64,000 bases of DNA from NCBI GenBank assembly GCA_944390195.1, contig CALXOZ010000001.1:40189-104188 (forward strand). The letters are read 5' to 3'. Origin of the DNA: an uncultured Alphaproteobacteria bacterium. GTDB lineage: Bacteria; Pseudomonadota; Alphaproteobacteria; CAAGCB01; CAG-977. Below the pieces are notes generated by a model, which had not been told where the DNA came from, made no database searches, and saw nothing but the letters and a program-made list of their open reading frames with translations. The position numbers and the translations under genes are program-made. This document shows positions 31,389 through 42,919 of the stretch, piece after piece; positions within the stretch are counted from its first letter, which is position 1; each line of letters opens with the position of its first letter.

Positions 31389-31427
31389 TCCGGCAGGTAA
31401 GTTCCTACAACTGCCGGAGTTTTTTTA
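31389..31427 (+). terminator. Intrinsic terminator
   Basis: CTCCGGCAG...CTGCCGGAG followed by a T run. Confidence 0.7.
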
Positions 31428-31570
31428 CACTTCTTAAACATCATGCCGTCAACCGGCAAGGCGCAATCATTTCTTTAAGTCATGAAATAAACGGCAGAGT
31501 CTTTAATAAAAATTGAAAAACGACTATATTCATTGCCTTCCCCGTTATTTCAGCGCCACCCGTCTTTTTA

Positions 31571-33307
31571 TCATACATCAAACTGGCTGTTATACAATTG
31601 CGCATAAAAACCTTTTCGCAAAAGCAGTTCTTCATGTTTTCCCTGCTCTATGATACGACCGTTTTCCATAACCAGAATCAAATCCGCCTGTCTGATCGTT
31701 GACAAACGATGGGCGACAACAAAGCTTGTCCGCCCCCGCATCATTTCGTCAAAAGCCTTTTGTACATGAATTTCCGTTCTTGTATCAATAGAACTTGTCG
31801 CTTCGTCCAAGATCAACATCGACGGTAAAGATAACATGGCACGAGCTATACATAACAATTGCTTTTGACCTTGGGACAAATTCGCACCGTCTTCCGTAAG
31901 ATAAGTATCATACCCTTCTGGCATACGCCTGATAAAACCATCCGCATGAGCAGATATCGCGGCACTGACAATTTCATATTCCGAAGCATCCGGTTTCCCG
32001 TAAGCAATATTATCGCGGATCGTTCCGGCTTTCAACCATGTGTCTTGCAAGACCATGCCGAAAGAAGCCCGTAAGCTGTTCCGCGTCAAATTCCGGACAT
32101 CATAACCGCTGACAATGATTTTTCCTTTATCAATATCATAAAAACGCATCAAGAGGTTGATCAAAGTCGTTTTACCACATCCCGTTTTTCCGACAATCGC
32201 TATTTTCTGCCCGGCTTTGACAGACAGGTTTAAATCCTCAATCAGTTTAATTTCCGGCACATAGGAAAAAGAAACATGGGACAATTCGACAGAGCCGTCC
32301 GTCCGTGTCAAAACGACAGAATCAGAAGGATCAGGCGTTTCCGGCTGAGCATCAATCACTTCAAACAAACGTTTCGCCGAAGCCAAAGCGCTTTGCAATT
32401 CTGCTATAACGCCTGAAATTTCATTAAAAGGTTTTGTATATTGGTTGGCATAACTTAAAAAACAAGACAATTGTCCCACTGTCAAAAAACCGTTGACAAC
32501 ACTAAACGCGCCAACAATACCGACCAAAGTATAGACAACACCGTTGACAAAACGTGTGCATGGATTCGTTATGGAAGAAAAAAACAAAGCTTTTATGCCG
32601 CATATTTCCAATCGTTGGTTGATTTCTTCAAATTTTTCATATGATTCCCGCTCATAACCGAAGGCTTTCACCACTTTCATATGACCGACGGTTTCTTCAA
32701 TCAAAGCCGTCATCTCTCCGCGTGTTTCCGATTGGATTTTAAACAGATTAAACGTTCTTTTCGCAATAAAGTCGGCTACGAACAAAGATAACGGCGTAAC
32801 AAAAACAACCAACAACGTTATCTTCACATTAATGACCAACATAAACCCGATCGTACCCAAAATCGTTACAATCCCTGAAAACAGTTGCGTAAATCCCATC
32901 AACAAACCGTCAGCAACTTGTTCAGCATCGACTACTACCCGACTGAGAATATCTCCGCGGGCATTGGAATCAATAAAACGCAAAGGCACCCTTTGTAAAC
33001 GTTCAAACGCTTTTGTCCGGATATCTCTTACACTGAAATATGTTACTTTGTTTGTAAACAGTCCCATCAGCCATTGACTGAACGATGTCGCCGCAACGAT
33101 TAAAGCTAGCTGCAATAAAATGACTTTTAACGCATTAAAATCGACCTGTCCCTTTCCGACAACGTGATCGATCGCCCGCCCCGTCAATACAGGTGCATAT
33201 AAAGTCAATGACACACTGATCGATGCAAAAAACAAAGACAAAAACAAATACCCCAAATACGGGCGGGTAAAAGAAAGCAAACGTTTCAACAAATTGTTTT
33301 TTTTCAT
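31571..33307 (-). CDS. Heterodimeric ABC exporter, TMD-NBD subunit 2 (TM288-like)
   Basis: GKTGCGKT, LSQGQ, LDEATSS, VAHR. Confidence 0.92.
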   Translation of the reverse strand: MKKNNLLKRLLSFTRPYLGYLFLSLFFASISVSLTLYAPVLTGRAIDHVVGKGQVDFNALKVILLQLALIVAATSFSQWLMGLFTNKVTYFSVRDIRTKAFERLQRVPLRFIDSNARGDILSRVVVDAEQVADGLLMGFTQLFSGIVTILGTIGFMLVINVKITLLVVFVTPLSLFVADFIAKRTFNLFKIQSETRGEMTALIEETVGHMKVVKAFGYERESYEKFEEINQRLEICGIKALFFSSITNPCTRFVNGVVYTLVGIVGAFSVVNGFLTVGQLSCFLSYANQYTKPFNEISGVIAELQSALASAKRLFEVIDAQPETPDPSDSVVLTRTDGSVELSHVSFSYVPEIKLIEDLNLSVKAGQKIAIVGKTGCGKTTLINLLMRFYDIDKGKIIVSGYDVRNLTRNSLRASFGMVLQDTWLKAGTIRDNIAYGKPDASEYEIVSAAISAHADGFIRRMPEGYDTYLTEDGANLSQGQKQLLCIARAMLSLPSMLILDEATSSIDTRTEIHVQKAFDEMMRGRTSFVVAHRLSTIRQADLILVMENGRIIEQGKHEELLLRKGFYAQLYNSQFDV

Positions 33308-35034
33308 TGTTTCGCCTCCTTTTCTTCCATCTGGGATAAACATATTTCCCGATACACCGGACAATTTTCAAACAAGTCTTCATGCCGTCCGATACCGACA
33401 ACCTTACCGTCATCCAAGACAACAATGAAATCCGTATTCCTAAGTGTTGAAACACGTTGCGAAATTAAAAAAACCGTCATACCCTGTGTTTCTTTTTCAA
33501 GCGCCCGTCGCAATCTGGCATCTGTTGCAAAATCCAATGCCGAAGCGCTATCATCCAATATCAGAATTTCCGGACGCCCAACCAAAGCCCGAGCAATCGT
33601 CAAACGTTGTCTTTGCCCTCCGGATAAATTTTTCCCTCCCTGATCTACTTTCGCATCCAATCCTTCCGGTTTTGAAAAAACAAAATCCCAACATTGGGCT
33701 ATTTTCAACGCTTGTTCGATTTCTTCATCCGAAGCCTCTTTTTTACCCCAACGCATATTATCGCGTATCGACCCTTTGAATAAAACGGCCTTTTGGGGCA
33801 CAATGCCGATCTTTTTTCGCAAATACGCAAAAGAAAGGTTCTTTACATTAACTCCATCGATCAAAACTTCACCTTTGGTTGCATCGTAAAACCGCGCTAA
33901 CAGATTCATCAATGTTGTTTTTCCCGATCCGGTTCCCCCAATCACGCCAATAGTCGATCCGGCGGGAACACTAAAAGAAATGTTGCTTAAAACCTCTTCT
34001 TTCGCCCCCTTGTAAGCAAAACAAACATCGTTAAATGATACGCGCTCAGATCCGGATACCGCCGAACAAGGGGAATCCTTTTCTGAAACGCTCGGGAAAA
34101 TTTCAAAGACCTCATTAATCCGGACGGCACAAGCAGAAGCTTTTGTAAAAACAACGATCAAATTCGCCAACGCGACCAAAGCCAATAAAATTTGAGACAT
34201 ATAATTAACCAAAGCGATCACTTCGCCTTGTTTTAAATCTCCGATATTCACTTGAAAGCCACCGCCCCAAATAATAGCGATAACCGCCGCGTTCACAACG
34301 ACATAAGTCAAAGGATTCAGTAAAGTCGTTATCCTGCCGACAATGATTTGTTCGTTTTTCAAGTCATCGCAGGTATTTTGAAAACTTTCGATTTCTTTTT
34401 CCTGTTTTGAAAAGGCTCTGATAACACGTACACCCGCAAGATTTTCCCGCGTTAACAAAGATACTTTATCCAGAAAAGCTTGAATCCTTTTATAATAAGG
34501 GATCGATCCGGACATCACAAAATAAATGACCGCTCCGATCGCCGGCGTGGCAAGTAAAAAAATCAAAGCCAATTTGACATCAACAAAAAAAGCCATGACA
34601 ATCGCCCCCACCACAATGAACGGAGAACGTAAAAACAAACGCAATATCAAATTTACTCCTGATTGCGCTTGATTAATATCTCCGGTCAAACGGGTGATCA
34701 AAGAAGGAGTGCCGATCTCATCAAGTTCACTGTATGACAAATTCGATACATGGCGGAACAAGGCGCGACGCAAAGCCGTTCCAAATCCCATGGAAGCTTT
34801 GGCGGCAAAATACTGGGCTGTCAAAGAGCAAATCAAGCCCAACAATCCTAAAAAAACCATCAAAGCCCCCATCTTACAGATATATCCGGTATCTTTGTGC
34901 TTTATTCCGATATCAATGATACCCGCCATTACCAATGGCACAACCAATTCAAAACAGGCTTCTAAAAATTTAAATAAAGGACCGATAATACATTCCTTCT
35001 TATAACCTTTTAAAAAACGGACAAGTTTAAACAT
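33304..35034 (-). CDS. Heterodimeric ABC exporter, TMD-NBD subunit 1 (TM287-like, degenerate site)
   Basis: GGTGSGKT, LSGGQ, degenerate LDDSASALD and ISQR; ATGA overlap with its partner. Confidence 0.92.
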   Translation of the reverse strand: MFKLVRFLKGYKKECIIGPLFKFLEACFELVVPLVMAGIIDIGIKHKDTGYICKMGALMVFLGLLGLICSLTAQYFAAKASMGFGTALRRALFRHVSNLSYSELDEIGTPSLITRLTGDINQAQSGVNLILRLFLRSPFIVVGAIVMAFFVDVKLALIFLLATPAIGAVIYFVMSGSIPYYKRIQAFLDKVSLLTRENLAGVRVIRAFSKQEKEIESFQNTCDDLKNEQIIVGRITTLLNPLTYVVVNAAVIAIIWGGGFQVNIGDLKQGEVIALVNYMSQILLALVALANLIVVFTKASACAVRINEVFEIFPSVSEKDSPCSAVSGSERVSFNDVCFAYKGAKEEVLSNISFSVPAGSTIGVIGGTGSGKTTLMNLLARFYDATKGEVLIDGVNVKNLSFAYLRKKIGIVPQKAVLFKGSIRDNMRWGKKEASDEEIEQALKIAQCWDFVFSKPEGLDAKVDQGGKNLSGGQRQRLTIARALVGRPEILILDDSASALDFATDARLRRALEKETQGMTVFLISQRVSTLRNTDFIVVLDDGKVVGIGRHEDLFENCPVYREICLSQMEEKEAKQ

Positions 35035-35182
35035 CTTTTTTCATCTCACAAAAGGGGAAGTTTCTTTTTTTTCCTACACGGCAACAAACAGAAAAACAAC
35101 AAAAAACAATCGAACCGCGCGTTCCTTCCTGTATTGTTTCAATTTTCTTTTCATATATAATTATTCAAAAAAGGAAAAAATC

Positions 35183-36376
35183 ATGAAATATTACGGTTTT
35201 TTTAGTGCTCGACTGGGATCTGACAATCAAACTTGCGGCATTATTTCCCAAGCGCAAAATAATAAAAACACATTCATTCAAAATCCGCTTTTAAAATCAC
35301 CAGACGGACATCCCTTAAACCGATCCCGTTACGATAACGGACAGATGTTTGAAAAAGATGTCTTTGATTGTTTGGAAAACTGTCTGAAAAACGGGATAAA
35401 GCCCGATATCTTCATATTACCTTTCAACCACGGAAACATTCCCGTCGCCATCAATGACGCCGAGGCTTTGGCTAAAACGGTAAAAAGATTTTATTTTCAA
35501 AATAATCTCGGATTCGTTACAACCTTGCTTTTAACAGCCGCTTTTCACAATTACCAACACCTCGATCTGGTCAATATCCCTTATCATTTGATGAATGAAA
35601 GCCAAGCCCGATATCTGAAAATAAACACCAAATTGCAAAAAAAAATCATTTTTACTTTGGGGGTTGCTGGAAACTTGACAAAATGGAAACTCCAACAAGA
35701 AAGAAACTCTTTGAAATTTGCAAAAGAACTGGCTCGATATAAAAACGGAAAGCCACTCGCTTTGTTTTCTTTGGGCGGGCGCGTCGAAGGAGAGGAAATT
35801 CAATTCAGTGTAAACGATGCTGGAAATATTTTAAAAAAAGCTCTGGAATTCCAAAAAAAAGGATTTAATGTCGCCTTTACAAACAGTCCGCGAACACCAA
35901 CCGACGTAACAGACTTCTTATTTGAAAACGCACAAAAAAATGACATACCTTTCTATAACGTAAAAAAAATCGCCACAACGAAAACAGATGATTTCCGCCT
36001 GTATTCTGGTCGCTTTAAAAAGACGTTCAAAGAACAGTACGAAAAAACCGGTAACATCTACCCCGCCCTATTGGCACGCGCCCATATCGTTATCGGCACA
36101 AAAGACAGCTTTTCTTATACATCGGATAGCGCTGCTTTGGGCATAAAAACAGCCGTCTATGCCGATATGTTCATTGATGAAAAAAAACGCCCCGATTGCA
36201 ATAAATTGTTTCATTCACTTAAAAATAAGTATGTTTTCGATCTTAACGATCCGCGCATATTTGATGTAAAAACAACTTTACCCGTTTTACCTGATGCAAA
36301 CAAAAAAATCATTTCAGCTGTAGAACAATTTGTGAAGAACAAAACCGATCCCTGTCATCAAAAGCTTGGAATCTGA
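35183..36376 (+). CDS. ELM1/GtrOC1-family putative glycosyltransferase-fold protein
   Basis: SLGG...TNSPRTP...NIYPALLARAHIVIGTKDSFSYTSDSAALG resembles the family motifs TSRRTP / NPY..LL..AD.IVVT.DS.SM.SEA. Confidence 0.65.
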   Translation: MKYYGFFSARLGSDNQTCGIISQAQNNKNTFIQNPLLKSPDGHPLNRSRYDNGQMFEKDVFDCLENCLKNGIKPDIFILPFNHGNIPVAINDAEALAKTVKRFYFQNNLGFVTTLLLTAAFHNYQHLDLVNIPYHLMNESQARYLKINTKLQKKIIFTLGVAGNLTKWKLQQERNSLKFAKELARYKNGKPLALFSLGGRVEGEEIQFSVNDAGNILKKALEFQKKGFNVAFTNSPRTPTDVTDFLFENAQKNDIPFYNVKKIATTKTDDFRLYSGRFKKTFKEQYEKTGNIYPALLARAHIVIGTKDSFSYTSDSAALGIKTAVYADMFIDEKKRPDCNKLFHSLKNKYVFDLNDPRIFDVKTTLPVLPDANKKIISAVEQFVKNKTDPCHQKLGI

Positions 36377-36388
36377 ATAATTCCTCCT

Positions 36389-37546
36389 TTAATTGTCGTA
36401 AACACTATCCCCGCCCATTTGAAGATTACGGTGCACATTGACACATTCAACCAACCCGAATGAAAACATCAACGTCAACATCACCGTTCCGCCGTAAGAA
36501 ATCATCGGCAACGGAACCCCGACAACAGGCAATAATCCCATAACCATGGCAATATTTATAAAAACATATAAAAACAAATTCGTCGTCAATCCCAACGCCA
36601 GCAATCTGCCAAAAAAGCTGGAGGATCTGAAAGCGATAACATACCCATAAAAAATTAAAACAAGATACAGCAATAATAAAGATACCGACCCGACCAAGCC
36701 AAATTCTTCGGCAAAAACCGTAAAAATAAAATCCGTATGTTTTTCCGGCAAAAAATTCAATCGGCTCTGTGTTCCTTGTAAAAACCCTTTACCAAAAACG
36801 CCTCCTGATCCCAAAGTGATTTTTGATTGTAGAATATGATATCCTTTTCCCAACGGATCCCGTTGCGGATCCAAAAAAGTAAAAACGCGTTCCTTTTGAT
36901 AATCATGCAAAAAACGCCAGCCAATCGGTATCGAAAGCAATCCCGTCATTGCTAAAACAGCAAACTTCCATATTTGAACACCGGCAAGAAAAAACAGCGT
37001 CAAAGAACCCGCCCCGATTAAAACAGCCGTTCCTAAATCGGGTTGTTTCAATACCAAACCGACCGGAATCAAAACCATAAAAGAAGGAATGACAATTGAA
37101 GACATTGTTCTGACTTCGGTCAAAGAAGTTGTGTGAAAATATCTTGCCAACGCCAAAATCAACGCTATTTTCATAACTTCCGAAGGCTGAATCCTAATAA
37201 ACCCTAAATTCAACCATCGTTGCGCCCCCATAGCGTCATGACCGAAAAATTCGACAATAAACAATAAAATGACTGCGCCTATGTAAAAAATATACGCATA
37301 CTTAAGCCAAAACCTTAAATCAATCATTGCCACAACGAACATCACGACAAACCCCAACCAAAAACGGCGGAATTGAAGCACCGCCCACGGATCCCAATGT
37401 CCGTCTGCGGCGGAATATAAAACAATGAAACCGCAGGAAGCCACCAAAAAAATTAAAAGAATATAACACCAGCTCAAATTACAAAAACGGTCTTTAAGCG
37501 TCATATTCGGGTTTCTCAAACTGAACGAAGAATAATTTCTCGACAT
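36389..37546 (-). CDS. rodA: Rod shape-determining SEDS protein RodA
   Basis: GAQRW, QPSE, QPDLGT, FLPEKHTDF, SYGG. Confidence 0.96.
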   Translation of the reverse strand: MSRNYSSFSLRNPNMTLKDRFCNLSWCYILLIFLVASCGFIVLYSAADGHWDPWAVLQFRRFWLGFVVMFVVAMIDLRFWLKYAYIFYIGAVILLFIVEFFGHDAMGAQRWLNLGFIRIQPSEVMKIALILALARYFHTTSLTEVRTMSSIVIPSFMVLIPVGLVLKQPDLGTAVLIGAGSLTLFFLAGVQIWKFAVLAMTGLLSIPIGWRFLHDYQKERVFTFLDPQRDPLGKGYHILQSKITLGSGGVFGKGFLQGTQSRLNFLPEKHTDFIFTVFAEEFGLVGSVSLLLLYLVLIFYGYVIAFRSSSFFGRLLALGLTTNLFLYVFINIAMVMGLLPVVGVPLPMISYGGTVMLTLMFSFGLVECVNVHRNLQMGGDSVYDN

Positions 37547-37549
37547 GAT

Positions 37550-39409
37550 TCATTGCCCTGTTGTCTTGATTTTCCGATTTTCAGTTCCCTGTGAAGAAGG
37601 ATCCAATTGCAACGCCGCCTCCATGATTGCTTTGGCAATCGGTGCCGCGGTTGTCGCTCCGCCCCCGCCATGTTCGATCACAACCGATAAAGCATATCTG
37701 GGCTTATCCGTCGGACCGTAAGCGACAAATAAAGCATGATTTCTCTTTTTCCAAGGCAATTCTTCCTGACTTCGCACACCTTTAGCCCGTTCTTGCATGG
37801 AAATGCGTCTGACTTGTGTTGTTCCCGTCTTTCCGGCAATCAATTTCCCTTCAACATTGACATATGCCGTTTTAGCCGTTCCTTTCGCAGAATTGACAAC
37901 ATTGAACATTCCTTCTTGCATCAATTGTAAATGTGCCTTCGGTATGTTCAAATTTTCCCCACGATATGATGACTTCCGAGGCTGATGCAATATCGTCGGC
38001 TTGACTTTATAACCGCCATTGGCTATTGCGGCAACCATGACAGCCAACTGTAAAGGAGTCGCCAATACATATCCTTGCCCTATCCCCGTATTATAGGTGT
38101 CTCCTTGCAACCACTTTTCACCTAAAACGACTTCTTTCCAATGGCGCGTCGGCATCAGCCCAGACTTTTCACCCGGCAAATTAATACCGGTATCCAAACC
38201 GAAACCAAACCGTTTTGCCATTGATGAAATGTTATCAATCCCCGTACGGCGCGCTACTTCATAAAAATAAACGTCACACGAGTGCATTAAAGCCTGCTTT
38301 AAATCCATCTCACCATGACCTCCGGCATTCCAGCAATGAAAACGATGCGTCCCCATCATAATGTGACCTCCGCAAAAAACCTTCGTATCCGGAGTAATCA
38401 CACCTGCTTTCAAAGCCGCCAAAGCAACCACCATCTTAAATGTCGATCCAGGGGAATACAATCCGCCCAATACCTTATTAAGCAAAGGGTTTTTCTCATC
38501 TTTGGATATTTTTAACCATTCCTTGTTTGACAGCCCTCGATTGAATTTATTCGGGTCAAAACTCGGCATGGAAACCAAGACTAAAACTTCCCCTGTATAT
38601 ATGTCTAACAAAACAGCTGAACCGCTTTCCCCTTTCATTTTGTCATAGGCTATTTTTTGTAAACGCTGATCTATCGTCAAATACAACGTCTCTCCCGGTG
38701 TACCTTCATCCCTTTCCATTTCGCGAATGATTCGTCCCACCGAATTGATTTCCACACGTTGTGCCCCTTCTTTACCGCACAGTTCCGTATTAAATTCAAG
38801 TTCAACACCAGATTTCCCGACACGATACCCAGGCAACTTGAATAAGGGATTGCCTGAATCAATATCCTCTTGAGAAACAGAGCCAACATATCCGAGAATA
38901 TGCGCCGCCGCTTCCTTCAAGGGATAAAAACGGCTCAACCCTTCGTCTATAATAATACCCGGCAAATCAGGCGCATTCAATTGAATCGCCGCCATCTGTT
39001 CCCATGTCAGATTTTCGCGTATCGGTACGGGTGTAAAATCTCTGGAACGGCGAACTTCTTTCCTGACTCGCTGTATCTCTGAATCGGTCAATGCTAAAAT
39101 CTTATTTAATGACGACAGCGTCGCATTCAAATTGCCTTCCGTTTGCTCGGATATGATCAGAACGCGAAAATTCTGATTGTTTTCTGCCATCGGATGTCCG
39201 AAACGATCTAAAATCAACCCTCTCGGGGGGGCTAACAATCGCGTACTGATCCGGTTTTCCTCTGCCAACGTCTTATAACGATCCGATTCTATAACCTGCA
39301 AATAATACAAACGACCGATCAAAATTGAAGATAAAAACAGCTCCGAACCGGCTAACATCGCCGCCCGACGCGTCAACATTCTTCCCTTATCCCCGTCCCG
39401 TATTATCAT
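37550..39409 (-). CDS. mrdA: Penicillin-binding protein 2
   Basis: PGSTFK, SCD, KTGT. Confidence 0.96.
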   Translation of the reverse strand: MIIRDGDKGRMLTRRAAMLAGSELFLSSILIGRLYYLQVIESDRYKTLAEENRISTRLLAPPRGLILDRFGHPMAENNQNFRVLIISEQTEGNLNATLSSLNKILALTDSEIQRVRKEVRRSRDFTPVPIRENLTWEQMAAIQLNAPDLPGIIIDEGLSRFYPLKEAAAHILGYVGSVSQEDIDSGNPLFKLPGYRVGKSGVELEFNTELCGKEGAQRVEINSVGRIIREMERDEGTPGETLYLTIDQRLQKIAYDKMKGESGSAVLLDIYTGEVLVLVSMPSFDPNKFNRGLSNKEWLKISKDEKNPLLNKVLGGLYSPGSTFKMVVALAALKAGVITPDTKVFCGGHIMMGTHRFHCWNAGGHGEMDLKQALMHSCDVYFYEVARRTGIDNISSMAKRFGFGLDTGINLPGEKSGLMPTRHWKEVVLGEKWLQGDTYNTGIGQGYVLATPLQLAVMVAAIANGGYKVKPTILHQPRKSSYRGENLNIPKAHLQLMQEGMFNVVNSAKGTAKTAYVNVEGKLIAGKTGTTQVRRISMQERAKGVRSQEELPWKKRNHALFVAYGPTDKPRYALSVVIEHGGGGATTAAPIAKAIMEAALQLDPSSQGTENRKIKTTGQ

Positions 39410-39942
39410 TTTTCTTTGTCCATCAAATACAAATTCAATCTAATACACGGCCATGAAATAATCGGATAGCTGATAATTAACAAAATATAACTGACAAATG
39501 AAAGGGCTACAGGCATAAAAGTTGCATAATAAAGTGAAATAAGCAACCATTTCAAAACATATGCCCCAAAAGCCAACACCGCAAAATAAAGCCAGACAAA
39601 AGAAAACAAGCGACCGATCAAATAACGGTATTGTCTTTGAGTTATAAAATAAAACAATGTAAAGACCACAGTATTAACCCCTAATGGCACGCCATCTAGT
39701 AAATCAAGAAACAACCCTGTCATAAAGGCGTTGGAAACGGTAAAATCTTGCGGTCTGCAAACCGCCCAATAAAAAACTGGAATCAATGTAATGCAAGGAC
39801 GGACACCGGAATATCCGGGAATGTAGGTGGGAGATATTGAAAACAGCAAAATAAGGACTGTCAGGATTTTGGGGGAATACAGCCTGAGCTTTCGGGCACA
39901 CCAAACAAAAAATTGATTATGTTTCAATGAGATATGTCGCAT
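39406..39942 (-). CDS. mreD: Rod shape-determining protein MreD
   Basis: FYW...RP, GLFLDLL.G.PLG; position in the mre operon; start uncertain. Confidence 0.85.
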   Translation of the reverse strand: MRHISLKHNQFFVWCARKLRLYSPKILTVLILLFSISPTYIPGYSGVRPCITLIPVFYWAVCRPQDFTVSNAFMTGLFLDLLDGVPLGVNTVVFTLFYFITQRQYRYLIGRLFSFVWLYFAVLAFGAYVLKWLLISLYYATFMPVALSFVSYILLIISYPIISWPCIRLNLYLMDKEK

Positions 39943-40796
39943 GTCTGATCCTCAAGCAAACCTGAAAGACCGTAATCAACAATATGCACGATTTCCAATC
40001 GGTTGCGATTAAAGAAAGGACGGACTTTTATGATCCCGTTTTGAACAGACACGATCACACCAACAGGCAAACCGGCGGGATAAACTCCCGCCATTCCGGA
40101 AGTAACAACTTTATCGCCTACGGATATTTCCGTATTATTGGGAAAAGATATTAATTGCGGATATTCCGTATTGTCTCCCGCCAATATAGCCGGGACATCA
40201 TAAGGTTCTATTTTAACGGGAACACGGGAATTTATATCCGTAATCAATAAAATACGGGCGGCATTAGTTCCTACGGACGCAATCCTGCCGACCAAGCCGT
40301 CACCTGTTAAAACTACATTGCCCTTTTCTATTTCTTGTCTATGTCCAACAAAAGCTATTAACGATTGGGCAAAAGAATTTCCCGTATCGGCGATAACACG
40401 AGACGTAATTGATATAGCCGTCGGAGGCGGCACATAATTTAACAAATCTCTTAAATACGCATTTTCTTTTCGTAATTGTTCCACATCCACTTTAATCAAG
40501 TTCAGTTCTTTATTTTCTTGGTGCAATCGAGCGTTTTCTTGGCGGATTGATGCCAATTCATGAATATTTTGAACAAAGCGTGAAGCAAAAACCGCCGGTT
40601 TTGATAACATCTTTAAAACAGGGGCTGCCAGATCGTTAAAAAAAACCTGAGCTTTTTCGATTAAAAGCGTATCCGCTTTTCCCAGTAACATCAAACCGAA
40701 AGCTATAACAACCAATATGAAAACACCGAAACGGCGCAATTTCACCTTTATTTGATGCAGTGAAGCCGTTATTTTCCCGCCATTTTGGTCTTCCAT
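39924..40796 (-). CDS. mreC: Rod shape-determining protein MreC
   Basis: TM plus coiled coil, GLVGRI, VVTSG.AGVYPAGLPVG. Confidence 0.93.
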   Translation of the reverse strand: MEDQNGGKITASLHQIKVKLRRFGVFILVVIAFGLMLLGKADTLLIEKAQVFFNDLAAPVLKMLSKPAVFASRFVQNIHELASIRQENARLHQENKELNLIKVDVEQLRKENAYLRDLLNYVPPPTAISITSRVIADTGNSFAQSLIAFVGHRQEIEKGNVVLTGDGLVGRIASVGTNAARILLITDINSRVPVKIEPYDVPAILAGDNTEYPQLISFPNNTEISVGDKVVTSGMAGVYPAGLPVGVIVSVQNGIIKVRPFFNRNRLEIVHIVDYGLSGLLEDQTCDISH

Positions 40797-40823
40797 TCTT
40801 TTCCCCTTTATTCAAAGGGATTT

Positions 40824-41876
<1,053 letters not shown>

Positions 41877-41953
41877 TTATAATTTAAAGCTCATAAATGA
41901 TATACTTTGCTTTGTTTGCTAGCAAGTAAAAATATACTGAATTTCTGTCTAAT

Positions 41954-42919
41954 TTATGATAAAAAATGTAAAACCTTCGTTAATATATCAACGCTTTGCA
42001 GATCCTGTACGATAATATCCGGCGTATATTTGTGCCTGAACCATGTCAGTTGGCGTTTTGCATAATTTCTAGTCATCCGACTAGCTTGATCCATCACTTC
42101 TTCAAGCGTCATTTCGGACAACAGATACTTTCTTATCTCTGCAACGCCGATCGCTTTTAAAATAAGGCTGTCTTCCGGAGGATCCTTCCTAAGCAATTCT
42201 CTTACTTCATCAACGGCTCCTAAATCCATCATCCGGCGGAAACGTTCATTGCATCTCCGATATAATTCTTCCCGAGGCAAGTGTGTCAACAAGCATAAAA
42301 AATCAGCATCCAACACTTTCCGGTACGGTTTCGACTGCCAATAACAAATCGAACGCCCCGTTTGTTCCAAAACTTCCGCCGCACGCAACAATCGTTGAGG
42401 ATCCGTATAAGAAAACCGGTCGTCATTCCGGCGAATTTTTTCTAAAAAAGCCGAATGTCCCAAACGATCGTATTCTTCTTTCACCTTTTTTCGAACTTCC
42501 GTTTCCGCTTGAGGCACTGGCGATATCCCTTTTAACAAGGTTTGTATGTAAAAGCCGCTGCCGCCGACAATAATCGGAATTTTTTGCCTCTCCCATCCCC
42601 TTTTTATCTCTTCCGCCGCCAACTCCCCCCACTTATAGGCGTTGCAGCTTTCTTGAGGTTCCAAAAAACCGTACAAAAAATGTTCAACCTGCTTTTCCTC
42701 TTCCGGCGAAGGACGCGCCGTCAAAGTGGCAACATCTCGATAGACTTGCATACTGTCCGCATTAATGATAATGCCATCTATCCGCTTCGCCAGATCAAAA
42801 GCTATCTTCGATTTTCCCGACGCCGTTGATCCGGCAATAACGATTACTTTGCTTTTCGCCGTTTTTGATGTACAAATGTATTCTTCTTCGTTTTGATTGG
42901 AGTTTAACGTGAATACCAT
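41954..42919 (-). CDS. miaA: tRNA dimethylallyltransferase
   Basis: GSTASGKS, DSMQVY, GGSGFY, YAKRQLTW; start uncertain. Confidence 0.93.
   Translation of the reverse strand: MVFTLNSNQNEEEYICTSKTAKSKVIVIAGSTASGKSKIAFDLAKRIDGIIINADSMQVYRDVATLTARPSPEEEKQVEHFLYGFLEPQESCNAYKWGELAAEEIKRGWERQKIPIIVGGSGFYIQTLLKGISPVPQAETEVRKKVKEEYDRLGHSAFLEKIRRNDDRFSYTDPQRLLRAAEVLEQTGRSICYWQSKPYRKVLDADFLCLLTHLPREELYRRCNERFRRMMDLGAVDEVRELLRKDPPEDSLILKAIGVAEIRKYLLSEMTLEEVMDQASRMTRNYAKRQLTWFRHKYTPDIIVQDLQSVDILTKVLHFLS

Noticed and set aside
31430-31570. Possible T-box or other structured RNA (GGGTGGCGC on the minus strand)
   Set aside because: Poor match to the T-box consensus, located downstream of convergent genes, no convincing stems.
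35108-35128. GGTTCGATT on the minus strand resembling a tRNA T-loop
   Set aside because: No complementary T-stem or cloverleaf around it.
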